Below, piece by piece: positions 20,807 to 29,680 of a stretch of DNA of 64,000 nt. The stretch is from an uncultured delta proteobacterium (GTDB taxonomy: Bacteria; Myxococcota_A; Polyangia; Haliangiales; Haliangiaceae): the NCBI GenBank assembly GCA_963848295.1, contig CAWKDB010000011.1, forward strand, positions 416,001 through 480,000, written 5' to 3'. The notes below the pieces were generated by a model. The model was not told where the DNA came from, did not search any database, and saw nothing but the letters and a program-made list of their open reading frames with translations. Within the stretch, counting starts at the first letter, position 1, and every line of letters begins with the position of its first letter. Made by a program: the position numbers and the translations under genes.

Positions 20807-22342
20807 ATGACCCTGCTCTACGACTGGCTGAAGAAGGCCGCAAAGGCCCAAGGCAACAACAAGGCCGTCGTCTACCGGGACAACTACCTGTCGTGGCGCG
20901 GCTTGCTCCACCGCGTCGATCGCCGCGCGCAAGAGTTCAAGAGCATGGGGATCAAAGAGGGCGCGTGGGTCGGGCTGATGCTCGGCAACGTCCCCGACTT
21001 CGTGATCCTCGCGCTCGCGCTGTCGAAGCTCGAGGCGACGATCGTCCCGATCGACCCGACGACCGGTGGGCGCGAGCTCGAGCTGATCCTCGCCGCCGCG
21101 CCGTTGCGCGCACTGGTCACTCGTCCGCGCGGTAGCGAAGGCTCGATCAGCGCGAACGGGACGAGCGCCCCGGTGCCGCCGTCGACCCTGCCTCGCGCTC
21201 GCGTCTCACGCCCGACCTCGCCACTCCCCGGCGTGCCCACGGTCGTGCCGTCCGCCGATGCCGCCGAGGTTCGCCGCCGCCTACAAGGCACGCTGCTGAC
21301 GTGCTCGGTCTACAAGCGCAGCCCGCCCGATCACGGCGTCGATCCGATCGCCGTGCTGTTCACCGCCGATTCGCTCGGCGACCCCAAGGGGGTGCTGCGC
21401 ACCGACAAGAACACGATCGCGGCGGTCGACCACGCGATCGCCGCGCTCGCGATGACGACCAAGACCAAGGTGTTGGTCGCGATGCCGCTGTTCCACGCCT
21501 ACGGCTGGGACCTCGGCTTCCTCCCGACGCTCAAGCTCGGCTCGTCGATGTTCCTCGAAGAAGAGGTCTCGGCCCGCCGGATCGGCAAGCTCGTCCGCGA
21601 GCACGACGTCGACGTGTTGCCCGGCACGCCTGCGATGTACGCCGAGCTCGCGAAGCTGCCGACCGCGAAGAAGATCGAGGTCGCGAACCCGAAGTACATC
21701 TCCGCGGGCAGCCGGCTCGATCAGAGCGTCGCCGACATGTTCCTCGCCGAGTACGGCGTCAAGATCCTCAGCTGCTACCACTCGACCGAGGCCGCGACGG
21801 TCGCGCTCGACGACACCGGCAAGTACCCGACCACGGTCGGCAAGCCGATCGATGGCGTCGAAGTGAAGATCACGTCGCCCGATGGCAAAGCTGCCGGCGC
21901 GAAAGAGGGCCAGATCTGGGTCAGGAGCAAGACCCTGTCGCCGAAGTCGATCGGGCCGTTCGACGGCGAGGACAAGCCGACGACCCGCGCGTCCGGGATG
22001 GTCGCGATCGGCGCGATCGACAAGGCGGGCTGGCTCCGCACCGGCGACCTCGGCAAGATCGACAAGAACGGCCGGCTCGCGATCACCGGTCGCGAGGACG
22101 ATGTCGTCAAGGTCGACGGCAAGCGCGTCGCGCTCGGCGAGGTCGAGGGCTGCCTCGAGTCATTCCCGAAGATCAAGGCCGCGCAGGCAACGGTCGTCAC
22201 CGATCCGATGGCGGGCGCGATGGTCGTCGCGCGTGTCGTGATGAAGACGAAGTGCGGCGCCGAAGAGATCATCGATCACTGCGCGCGCAACCTGGCGCCG
22301 TACAAAGTGCCGCGTCGCATCGAGTTCTGCGAAGCGATCTGA
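20807..22342 (+). CDS. Class I adenylate-forming (AMP-binding) family protein with degenerate motifs
   Basis: FTADSLGDPKGV, PLFHAYG, WLRTGDLG, GREDD, LAPYKVPRRIEF. Confidence 0.88.
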   Translation: MTLLYDWLKKAAKAQGNNKAVVYRDNYLSWRGLLHRVDRRAQEFKSMGIKEGAWVGLMLGNVPDFVILALALSKLEATIVPIDPTTGGRELELILAAAPLRALVTRPRGSEGSISANGTSAPVPPSTLPRARVSRPTSPLPGVPTVVPSADAAEVRRRLQGTLLTCSVYKRSPPDHGVDPIAVLFTADSLGDPKGVLRTDKNTIAAVDHAIAALAMTTKTKVLVAMPLFHAYGWDLGFLPTLKLGSSMFLEEEVSARRIGKLVREHDVDVLPGTPAMYAELAKLPTAKKIEVANPKYISAGSRLDQSVADMFLAEYGVKILSCYHSTEAATVALDDTGKYPTTVGKPIDGVEVKITSPDGKAAGAKEGQIWVRSKTLSPKSIGPFDGEDKPTTRASGMVAIGAIDKAGWLRTGDLGKIDKNGRLAITGREDDVVKVDGKRVALGEVEGCLESFPKIKAAQATVVTDPMAGAMVVARVVMKTKCGAEEIIDHCARNLAPYKVPRRIEFCEAI

Positions 22343-22375
22343 TCGCCGGCCTGAGGACGATCGAATGCCCGCGAT

Positions 22376-22705
22376 TTATTGCGGGTGGGGAAACAGATCA
22401 TTCATCTGCTTGACGCAGTTGCGATAGTCGCTGCAGCCCTGGTCGGTCGTCGGAAGTCGATCGGCGCAGTTCGCAAGCGAACGGATGCGTGCCCACGACC
22501 GCGCCGTGTCTTTGTCGACCGGGTGATCGGGTGAGCCTTTGAAGGCGCCGGTGCACTGGCCGACCAACTCGGCCGGGCTGTCACCGCCCGACGCGAAGCA
22601 GTAGTCGAGGAGCTTGGCAAAGTGCTGGCAGGTCTTCGTGCGATCGGGCGGATCCGGCGTGCAGGCGACGAGCGCGCAAGCCAGGACGACCGCGTAGATT
22701 CTCAT
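22376..22705 (-). CDS. Small Cys-rich lipoprotein
   Basis: Lipobox LVAC plus six further Cys. Confidence 0.7.
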   Translation of the reverse strand: MRIYAVVLACALVACTPDPPDRTKTCQHFAKLLDYCFASGGDSPAELVGQCTGAFKGSPDHPVDKDTARSWARIRSLANCADRLPTTDQGCSDYRNCVKQMNDLFPHPQ

Positions 22706-22714
22706 TCCCGGAGT

Positions 22715-23401
22715 CTAATTGATGACGACGAGCTCGCCGGCGTCGTGGCCGCAGAACCTCGCGTTGAGATCGTACTTCGCGCCGCACACGGGACAGATCC
22801 GCGCGACGACGCCCGCCGGCTCGGTCGCACCGCGCTTGCGCGGTCGAGTCGCGTGATAGACCGCAAACGCGACGAGCTCGGTGCCATCGTGCGGACACTC
22901 TCGCAGCCCGTGCTCGAACGCGCGGCGACACGCCAGGCAGACGAGGCCAGCGCTCTTGCCGAGCGCGAGCGAGCGCAACGGACTGCCGAGCAGATCGGTC
23001 GGAGTGACCAGTCGGCGCGCGTCGCGCGTGCAGTACGTCATGCCGTGATACTCGACGCGGCACGTCGGACACACCATGGCGCCTGACGATGTCGTCGGTG
23101 CCGACGCGACGACGGCCAAGCCGCCGCCGCCACCACCGCCGCGCACCATCTGCGGTCGCGTACGTGGCCGCGGAGGTGGCGGTGACGCAACCGCGGCGAC
23201 TTGCTGTGGCGGCGGCGCCTCGACCGCGGCCGGTGCGGCGTGACCGCGGCGGCGAAGGATCACCGCCATCGCGACGAGCCCGACGATCACGAGCGCGAGC
23301 AGTCCGATGACGGCGAGGAGCAACGGCTCCGCAGTCAACAGCGTCGCCGAAGCGAATCCGGAAATCACAACTCCTGCCTCTGCAAAGGCTAGCAACCGCA
23401 A
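22715..23401 (-). CDS. Membrane-anchored triple zinc-ribbon protein
   Basis: TM helix; CPTC..CTRD, CLAC..CPHD, CPVC..CGHD. Confidence 0.75.
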   Translation of the reverse strand: MRLLAFAEAGVVISGFASATLLTAEPLLLAVIGLLALVIVGLVAMAVILRRRGHAAPAAVEAPPPQQVAAVASPPPPRPRTRPQMVRGGGGGGGLAVVASAPTTSSGAMVCPTCRVEYHGMTYCTRDARRLVTPTDLLGSPLRSLALGKSAGLVCLACRRAFEHGLRECPHDGTELVAFAVYHATRPRKRGATEPAGVVARICPVCGAKYDLNARFCGHDAGELVVIN

Positions 23402-23453
23402 TTCTGTCGGTCAACGCGCATGTTTGTCGGTCGACGAGGTACTACCTCGCCGC

Positions 23454-25157
23454 ATGCCCGACCTCGTGATCGGCGGTCGACGCGCCGCGCCGGTGCGCCC
23501 ATGGCGCGCTGCGGTGATCGGCATCGCGCTCCTCGGGGTCGCAGTCGTCGTCGCGTGGTTCATCTATCGCAGATCGGTCGCCTACGACATTCCCGGAGGT
23601 GAGGTCAGCGGCGAGCTTACGGTGACCGCACCCTCGGCGGGGGCGCTTGCCCGGGTCGCGTTCGGGGCCTCGTCGCTCGAGTGGGTCGGGGGCATCCCGG
23701 TGCTGCGTGCAACCGGTGATGCCCACGCGATCGGTGCCGCCCAGGGCCGGCTGCTCGCGCCCCTGCTGGCTGCGGTGGTTCGGGCGCATCAGGCATCGAT
23801 CGAGGGCACGGTCGCCGATGATGGCCTCCTCGGTGGCACGACCCACCACATGCGGCTCAACTGGCGCTGGCGGTTTGTCGACGACGGCGTGTCCGACTCC
23901 GACCGTCGGATGGTCGCCGGCTTGATGCGAGGCGCCGCGGCGAGCGGCGTGTCGCTCTCGTTCGACGACCTGCTGCGCGACCAGGCGGTGCTCGACATCG
24001 GGGTGCCGTCGCCAGCGAGCTCCGAGACCGAGGAGCGTAGCCTCGCTCACAGCCTGACGGTGATTGCACAACAAGCGCAAGCACCGGCCCGCGTCTGGAT
24101 CGGCCGCAGCTTCTCGCTGAGCGGGCTCGACGACGGCGGCGACAACGAGATCCCGCTGGTCGAGATCGCCCATCCAGCCGGCAAGATCGCGTGGGCGACC
24201 GTCGGGTGGCCAGGAGAGATCGGCGCCGTGACCGGGATCAACGCCGAAGGCATCGCGGTCATGGTTCATCCGACGCGCACGGGCGATGTCCGCCCGACGC
24301 GCGACGCGAGACCGATCGCCATGCTCGCGCGCGCCGTGCTCGAGCAGGCCAAGACGCTCGATCAGGCGATCGCCTTGATCGAGCAAACGCCGACCCTTGG
24401 CGCGGCCGCGTTTGTCGTGGTCGACGGCGCCTCCGGCAAATGGTTGCGCGTCGAACGCACGCCGAGCAAAGCGATCGTCGAACGCGCACCGAAGTCGCCC
24501 GCGATCGGCGATGTGCTCGAGACCAACGCGCTCGCGTCGGATCCGGAGAACGACCGCGCTAGGCGAATGCTCGCGACTGTTCCGCGGGTCGCACGCGCGG
24601 CGCGGCTCGTGCGTGCTCCTCTTCCCGACGTCGAGGCGATGGCGGCGATCCTGCGCGATACCCGGGGCGACGCCGACGCACCCCGTCCGGCCGGACATCG
24701 CGGCACGATCGATGACGGTCGCGCCGTCCACGTCGCGATCTTCGATCCGACGTCGCTCGAGTTATGGGTCGCGGACCCGCGCGCCGGCGGACGATTTCGC
24801 GGGTTCGATCTGCGCCACGAGCTACGCGGCGAAGGCGATCGCGCCGCGCCGCCCGCAGACATTCCGCCCGATCCGGCCGCGGACCCGGACCGACGCGCCG
24901 ACCTCGTCGCCGCACGCGCCGATCTGCGCGACGCTCGCGCTGCGCTCGTTCGCGGTGACGACGAGCTCGCAGCCGAGGCTTGTGCGCGCGCACTCGCGCG
25001 GCAGCCGCAGCTGCCGGAGGCGCTGGAGCTGGCCGGCCAGATCGCGGCCGAACGCGGCGACAACGCCCGCGCGCGGGCGCTGTATCAGCAATGGCTGGAC
25101 GGCGGAGCCGATGATCCGCATGGCGAAGAGCGAGCACGCGCGCTCCTCGGCCGCTGA
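23454..25157 (+). CDS. C45 family (Ntn-hydrolase/acyltransferase-like) protein with C-terminal TPR
   Basis: GDAHAIGAAQG, WIGRSFS, VGWPGEIGAVTGINAEGIAV, ARAVLEQAKTLDQAI. Confidence 0.8.
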   Translation: MPDLVIGGRRAAPVRPWRAAVIGIALLGVAVVVAWFIYRRSVAYDIPGGEVSGELTVTAPSAGALARVAFGASSLEWVGGIPVLRATGDAHAIGAAQGRLLAPLLAAVVRAHQASIEGTVADDGLLGGTTHHMRLNWRWRFVDDGVSDSDRRMVAGLMRGAAASGVSLSFDDLLRDQAVLDIGVPSPASSETEERSLAHSLTVIAQQAQAPARVWIGRSFSLSGLDDGGDNEIPLVEIAHPAGKIAWATVGWPGEIGAVTGINAEGIAVMVHPTRTGDVRPTRDARPIAMLARAVLEQAKTLDQAIALIEQTPTLGAAAFVVVDGASGKWLRVERTPSKAIVERAPKSPAIGDVLETNALASDPENDRARRMLATVPRVARAARLVRAPLPDVEAMAAILRDTRGDADAPRPAGHRGTIDDGRAVHVAIFDPTSLELWVADPRAGGRFRGFDLRHELRGEGDRAAPPADIPPDPAADPDRRADLVAARADLRDARAALVRGDDELAAEACARALARQPQLPEALELAGQIAAERGDNARARALYQQWLDGGADDPHGEERARALLGR

Positions 25158-25162
25158 CCAAC

Positions 25163-25401
25163 CATCGGCATCGGCATCGGCATCGGCATCGGCATCGGCA
25201 TCGGCATCGGCATCGGCATCGGCATCGGCATCGGCATCGGCATCGGCATCGATCGCATCGCGCATCGGCATCGGCATCGGCATCGGCATCGGCATCGCCA
25301 TCGCCATCGGCATCGGCATCGGCATCGGCATCGGCATCGGCATCGGCAGCGGCATCGGCATCGGCAGCGGCAACGGCGTCGGCAGCGGCAGCGGCAGCGG
25401 C
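25163..25401. repeat. Hexamer microsatellite (GGCATC)n grading into (GGCAGC)n
   Basis: About 14 perfect CATCGG units, then degenerate units. Confidence 0.97.
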
Positions 25402-25449
25402 TTGTTTGACTCCCGCAAAGGCTGCCGGATTCAGCGCCGGCGCGCGCGC

Positions 25450-25770
25450 TCACCGCGTGAGCCTGAACAGCATCGCGCGAACGCGATCGAGTGGCGCCTC
25501 GATCGCGGCGAAGTCCTCGGCGGTGATGTAACCGCGCGCCTTCGCGATGAGCAGCGCGGTCGACAGCTCGCGCGCGCTGCCGAAGGCGCGGCGGAACATG
25601 TCGGGCCGATCGAGGCCGGCGCGTGCGCTCGCTTCGGCGATGTTGAGGGCCACGCTCTCGGCGGCGCGGCCGATCTCGTCGGCGAGCGACTTGCGGCGAG
25701 CCCGAAGCTTCGGCTCGATCGGAGCGAGCTGTTCGAGGACGGTGAGCGACTGAGCGAGGACGTCGAGCAT
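25450..25770 (-). CDS. Four-helix-bundle protein (23S rRNA IVP / Avd-like family), copy 1
   Basis: LADEIGRAAESVALNIAEA...FRRAFGSARELSTAL...ARGY; 106 aa; GAAAGG RBS. Confidence 0.9.
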   Translation of the reverse strand: MLDVLAQSLTVLEQLAPIEPKLRARRKSLADEIGRAAESVALNIAEASARAGLDRPDMFRRAFGSARELSTALLIAKARGYITAEDFAAIEAPLDRVRAMLFRLTR

Positions 25771-25792
25771 TGGCGTGGCCTTTCGTGGATGA

Positions 25793-25993
25793 GCGGCGCA
25801 CCGATTCGCCGGGGCCGTCTCGCCCGTCGCGCCGCACTCGCGCCGGCGCCGTGACGAGCGCGGGCACAAATCTCCGCACGCGTCGGTCGATCCAACTCTG
25901 CGGCGGTCGTTCGCACGCGTCGGTGGCCTCGGCGCTCGGCGCGGCGCTGGCGCGAAGCGGCGCAGGGCGACGGCCCCGGCGATCGGAAGCCGC
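25793..25993 (-). ncRNA. Putative structured RNA/hairpin leader of four-helix-bundle gene, copy 1
   Basis: Long rod-like inverted repeat homologous to 26182-26378, with compensatory changes. Confidence 0.65.
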
Positions 25994-26007
25994 GAGGGCC
26001 GAGAGGT

Positions 26008-26160
<153 letters not shown>

Positions 26161-26181
26161 ACTCGACGCTCACTCGCTCGC

Positions 26182-26378
26182 GCCGATGAGCGGAACGTCT
26201 CTCTCGCCCTGCGCCGCTTCGCGCGGGTCCCGCGCCGAGCGCCGAGTGCGCCGGCGTCTGCGATCGACCGCCGCGGAGTTGATCGGCCGGCGATTGCGGT
26301 GGTCAGCGCCCGCGCTCGTCACGGGACCCGCGCGAGTGCGGCGCGACGGGCGAGAGAGAGACGTTCCTACCCATCGGC
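26182..26378 (+). ncRNA. Putative structured RNA/hairpin leader of four-helix-bundle gene, copy 2
   Basis: GGAACGTCTCTCTCGCCC pairs with GGGCGAGAGAGAGACGTTCC; TCGCGCGGGTCCCG pairs with CGGGACCCGCGCGA; further nested stems. Confidence 0.65.
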
Positions 26379-26399
26379 CACTCACTTCGGAGGATCATC

Positions 26400-26723
26400 A
26401 TGTCGTTCTACGCCCTCGACTTCGCCCTCGCCGTCCTGCAGCAGCTCGCCCCGATCGAGGCCAAGGTCCGCCGCACGCGCAAGTCACTCGCCGACGAGAT
26501 CGTCCGCGCCGGCGAGAGCATCGCCCTCAACGTCAGCGAAGGCCGCATGCGCGTCGGGCTCGATCGCCCGGACTTCTTCCGGCGAGCAGCCGGCAGCGCC
26601 AGCGAGCTCACCACCGCCCTACTGATCGCGCGCGCGCGAGGCATCATCACCACCGAGGACTTCGCGGCGGTCGACGAGCCGCTCGACCGCGTCCGCGCGA
26701 TCCTGTGGCGGCTCACGCACTGA
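26400..26723 (+). CDS. Four-helix-bundle protein (23S rRNA IVP / Avd-like family), copy 2
   Basis: [19 protein letters not shown]...[25 protein letters not shown]; about 70% identical to copy 1 by manual alignment. Confidence 0.92.
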   Translation: MSFYALDFALAVLQQLAPIEAKVRRTRKSLADEIVRAGESIALNVSEGRMRVGLDRPDFFRRAAGSASELTTALLIARARGIITTEDFAAVDEPLDRVRAILWRLTH

Positions 26724-26787
26724 GCGCTTGCGCCGGCCGCCGCGCCGGCGAAACCGATTTCGGCACCCTTCGCCGGGCCCAACGAAC

Positions 26788-27280
26788 GGATACGGATCCG
26801 GCAGCGGATCCGGCAGCGGATCCGGCAGCGGATCCGGCAGCGGATCCGGCAGCGGATCCGGCAGCGGATCCGGCAGCGGATCCGGCAGCGGATCCGGCAG
26901 CGGATCCGGCAGCGGATCCGGCAGCGGATCCGGCAGCGGATCCGGCAGCGGATCCGGCAGCGGATCCGGCAGCGGATCCGGCAGCGGATCCGGCAGCGGA
27001 TCCGGCAGCGGATCCGGCGGCGGCGGCGGATACGGCAGCGGATACGGCAGCGGATACGGCGGCGGCAGCGGATACGGCGGCGGCAGCGGATACGGCAGCG
27101 GATACGGCAGCGGATACGGCGGCGGCAGCGGATACGGCGGCGGCAGCGGATACGGCAGCGGATCCGGCACCCGCGGCGGCAGCGGATACGGCACCCGCGG
27201 CGGCAGCGGATACGGCAGCGGATACCGGCGGCGGCGGCGGATACGGCACCCGCGACGGCAGCGGACACGGCGGGGCGGCT
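26788..27280. repeat. Tandem array: 18 x GGATCCGGCAGC, then GGATAC/GGCAGC/GGCGGC hexamer mosaic
   Basis: Read directly; perfect 12-mers span 26794-27009. Confidence 0.97.
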
Positions 27281-28760
27281 ACAGCGGAATGTGCTGATGC
27301 CACGTCGCGGCTGGGCCCGGACCGAACCGAACATCACGCAGCACGTCGACGACGCAGCTCTGCGTCACGCCGCCGAAGTCGCTGTTCTGCGGGTTGAGGT
27401 AGCTGACCGCGCCTTGCGCGTCGACCGCGAGCTCGATGTCGATCGCCAGGTCGGAGATGCCTTGCTTGGCGAGGGCGCGCGTGCACACGTCGAGACGCGC
27501 TCGCACCTTCGCGATCCCTCGCTCGAGCTCGCGACTGCGTGTCGACACGCCTCCGGTCGGTGGCGGTGCAGTCGCCGCTGGGACCTCGAACCGCGAGCCC
27601 TCGCCGCTGCCCGAGCCGACGTCGACCCAGCCGACGCGATGGAACCGCCCGCCGCGATCCGCGGCCTCGATCGTGTGACGACCGGGCATGACCCGGATGC
27701 GCAGCGGCGCCGCACCGAGCTCGACGCCATCGACCCGGACGTCGCGCCGCGCGACGGTCGCGATATCGAGCGCGGCGGTCTGATGCGCGAGCTGCGGGAC
27801 GCCGGCCCAGATCGGCGTGGTCACCGGCGTCGCCTGCGCGAGGTCCGCGAGTTGCGCAGGCGCGAGCGCGATCGCCCGATCGCCGTCGAGCGCTTGGCCG
27901 GCGCCGACCGCCACCGGCGCATGACCCGGCGCACTCGAGCGAACCTGCACGAGCCCGTGGCGACACTCGACGTCGGTGGCATCGTGCTCGCGATCATGCA
28001 CGACGCGGAACTGGGTGCCGCGGACCTCGACCGTGCGATCGCCGGCGACGACCGTGAACGTCTGGCCGGCCGCGCGCGGCGCCACGACGACATCGACCGT
28101 ACCTTCGACCGCGAGCTCGATCGCCTGCGCATCGAACCGGCGTAGCTCGAGCGACGACCGAGGTCCGAGCGACAGCGCGCTCGCATCGCCGAACTGAATG
28201 TCGATCCGGCCATCACCGGTCGCGAGCAACGTGCCCGTGCCGATCGCGCGACCGAACAGCGCGTCGAGATCGGCGACGCGAATGCCGTCGAGCATGACGT
28301 CGCCGGCGACCCGGCTGACCGCGCCGATCACGGGCGTCGGCGGGGCCACGAGGGGGCGAGCAAGCGGTCGCGTCGGTGGTGCCGGCGGTGCGCTCGCGAC
28401 CTCGGGCGAGGCTGCGCCTCTCATCATCGGTACGATCGCGAAGCCAGCGGCGACGAGCCCGGCGGCGCCGAGTGCGGCGAACCACACGCGGCGCGGAATC
28501 CGCGGGCCGAGCGTGACCTTGCTGCGCCGCTCGGTCGATACCGACCAGTGGATGCGCGCGCGCACTTCGTCCCACGAGATCTCGGGAGGTGCGCTCGAGC
28601 GCAGCGCCGGGAACGCGTCGCTCGCGCGGGCGATGCGGGTTCGCGCGGTCGCGCAGCGAGCACAGTCTTTCGCGTGCGAGTCCATCGCGGCGCGTTCGGA
28701 TGCATCGAGCTTGCCGGCGAGCGCGTCGGCCCAGCGGTGAGGCGCTACGTGCCCGATCAC
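27279..28760 (-). CDS. FecR-domain anti-sigma factor (zinc-finger-like N-terminus, PEGA-like and TonB-C-like C-terminus)
   Basis: HAKDCARC, TM helix, VEVRGTQFRV, VRVDGVELG; translationally coupled to the ECF sigma. Confidence 0.85.
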   Translation of the reverse strand: MIGHVAPHRWADALAGKLDASERAAMDSHAKDCARCATARTRIARASDAFPALRSSAPPEISWDEVRARIHWSVSTERRSKVTLGPRIPRRVWFAALGAAGLVAAGFAIVPMMRGAASPEVASAPPAPPTRPLARPLVAPPTPVIGAVSRVAGDVMLDGIRVADLDALFGRAIGTGTLLATGDGRIDIQFGDASALSLGPRSSLELRRFDAQAIELAVEGTVDVVVAPRAAGQTFTVVAGDRTVEVRGTQFRVVHDREHDATDVECRHGLVQVRSSAPGHAPVAVGAGQALDGDRAIALAPAQLADLAQATPVTTPIWAGVPQLAHQTAALDIATVARRDVRVDGVELGAAPLRIRVMPGRHTIEAADRGGRFHRVGWVDVGSGSGEGSRFEVPAATAPPPTGGVSTRSRELERGIAKVRARLDVCTRALAKQGISDLAIDIELAVDAQGAVSYLNPQNSDFGGVTQSCVVDVLRDVRFGPGPAATWHQHIPL

Positions 28761-29410
28761 GCGACGTCCTCCGGGTCGAGCTCGGGATCCTTGCCCACGA
28801 TCACCCGATAGAACTCGCGGCGCGCGTAGAACAGCCGCGTCCGGACGGTGACCGGGTTCGACTCGACGAGATATGCGATCTCCTTGAGGTCGAGGCCTTC
28901 GATCTCATGGAGGTACAACACGATGCGCTTCTTCGGCGCCATCGACTCGAGCGCGCGATACACCGACTCGCGATCTTGCCGGCGCTCGAGGCTGCGCTCC
29001 GGCGTCTCGGGCCGCTCGGTCAAGCTCGGATCGGTCGGTGCGAGATCGAGGTCGGCCATTCCGATCGCAGCTGGCCGGCGCTTGCGCGTGCGGATCCGGC
29101 CAAGCGCGACGTTGACGCAGATCCGGTAGAGCCAGGTCGACAGCCGCGCGTCGCCGCGAAACCGTTCGAGCCCGCGAAACGCGATGACGAACACCTCTTG
29201 GACCAGATCCTCGAGATCGGTGCGGTCGCCGAGCACGCGATAGAGGTTGCCGGCGACCTGGCGACGGAACCGGTTGTACAGCTCCTCGTGTGCGGTCCGC
29301 TCGTGCGCTCGGCACCGCTCGATCAGCTCGGCCTCGACGGTCGGGCTGAGCGCCGCGATCGATCCGGTCGATCCGGTGCCGGAATCGCGCTTGGTCACTC
29401 GAGGCAGCAT
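28757..29410 (-). CDS. ECF RNA polymerase sigma factor
   Basis: EDLVQEVF, FRGDARLSTWLYRI, EGLDLKEIA, TVRTRLFYAR. Confidence 0.95.
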   Translation of the reverse strand: MLPRVTKRDSGTGSTGSIAALSPTVEAELIERCRAHERTAHEELYNRFRRQVAGNLYRVLGDRTDLEDLVQEVFVIAFRGLERFRGDARLSTWLYRICVNVALGRIRTRKRRPAAIGMADLDLAPTDPSLTERPETPERSLERRQDRESVYRALESMAPKKRIVLYLHEIEGLDLKEIAYLVESNPVTVRTRLFYARREFYRVIVGKDPELDPEDVA

Positions 29411-29488
29411 AACTGGGACGAATGTTTAGTGACCTAGGAGACTGCGAGCGTTCAGGCACAGTGGGCGGCGGTTTGGTGAGGCGCGATA

Positions 29489-29668
29489 CAATTGAATTGA
29501 TCAACAGGCAACAGGCAACAGGCAATGCCGGATCGTTCGCACGCGGTTCGGATCCAGATTCCTGCCTCCGCGCCGGGCCCTGCCACCGGGGGCGCGACTC
29601 CCTATTGCGCTCAAACCTCCGAACATCGCCTGTTGCCTGTCGCCTGTTGATCAATTGATCAATTTCCG
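29489..29668. repeat. Inverted-repeat-bounded element A: (AATTGATC)(AACAGGC)3 ... (GCCTGTY)3(GATCAATT)2
   Basis: Ends are reverse complements of each other and shared with 57772-58125. Confidence 0.9.
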
Positions 29669-29680
29669 CTCGGCGGCGCG

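Noticed and set aside
26182..26378. 6S RNA or SRP RNA identity for the hairpin
   Set aside because: Size and rod shape are similar, but I see no SRP GGAA-loop motif or clear 6S central bubble, and two copies are each tied to the same gene family. A formal Rfam scan is still needed.
26728..27337. ORFs made of GS, PDPL, RCRI or AADP repeats (also those over 24822-26189)
   Set aside because: They are stop-free readings of hexamer microsatellites in several frames, with no credible starts or domains.
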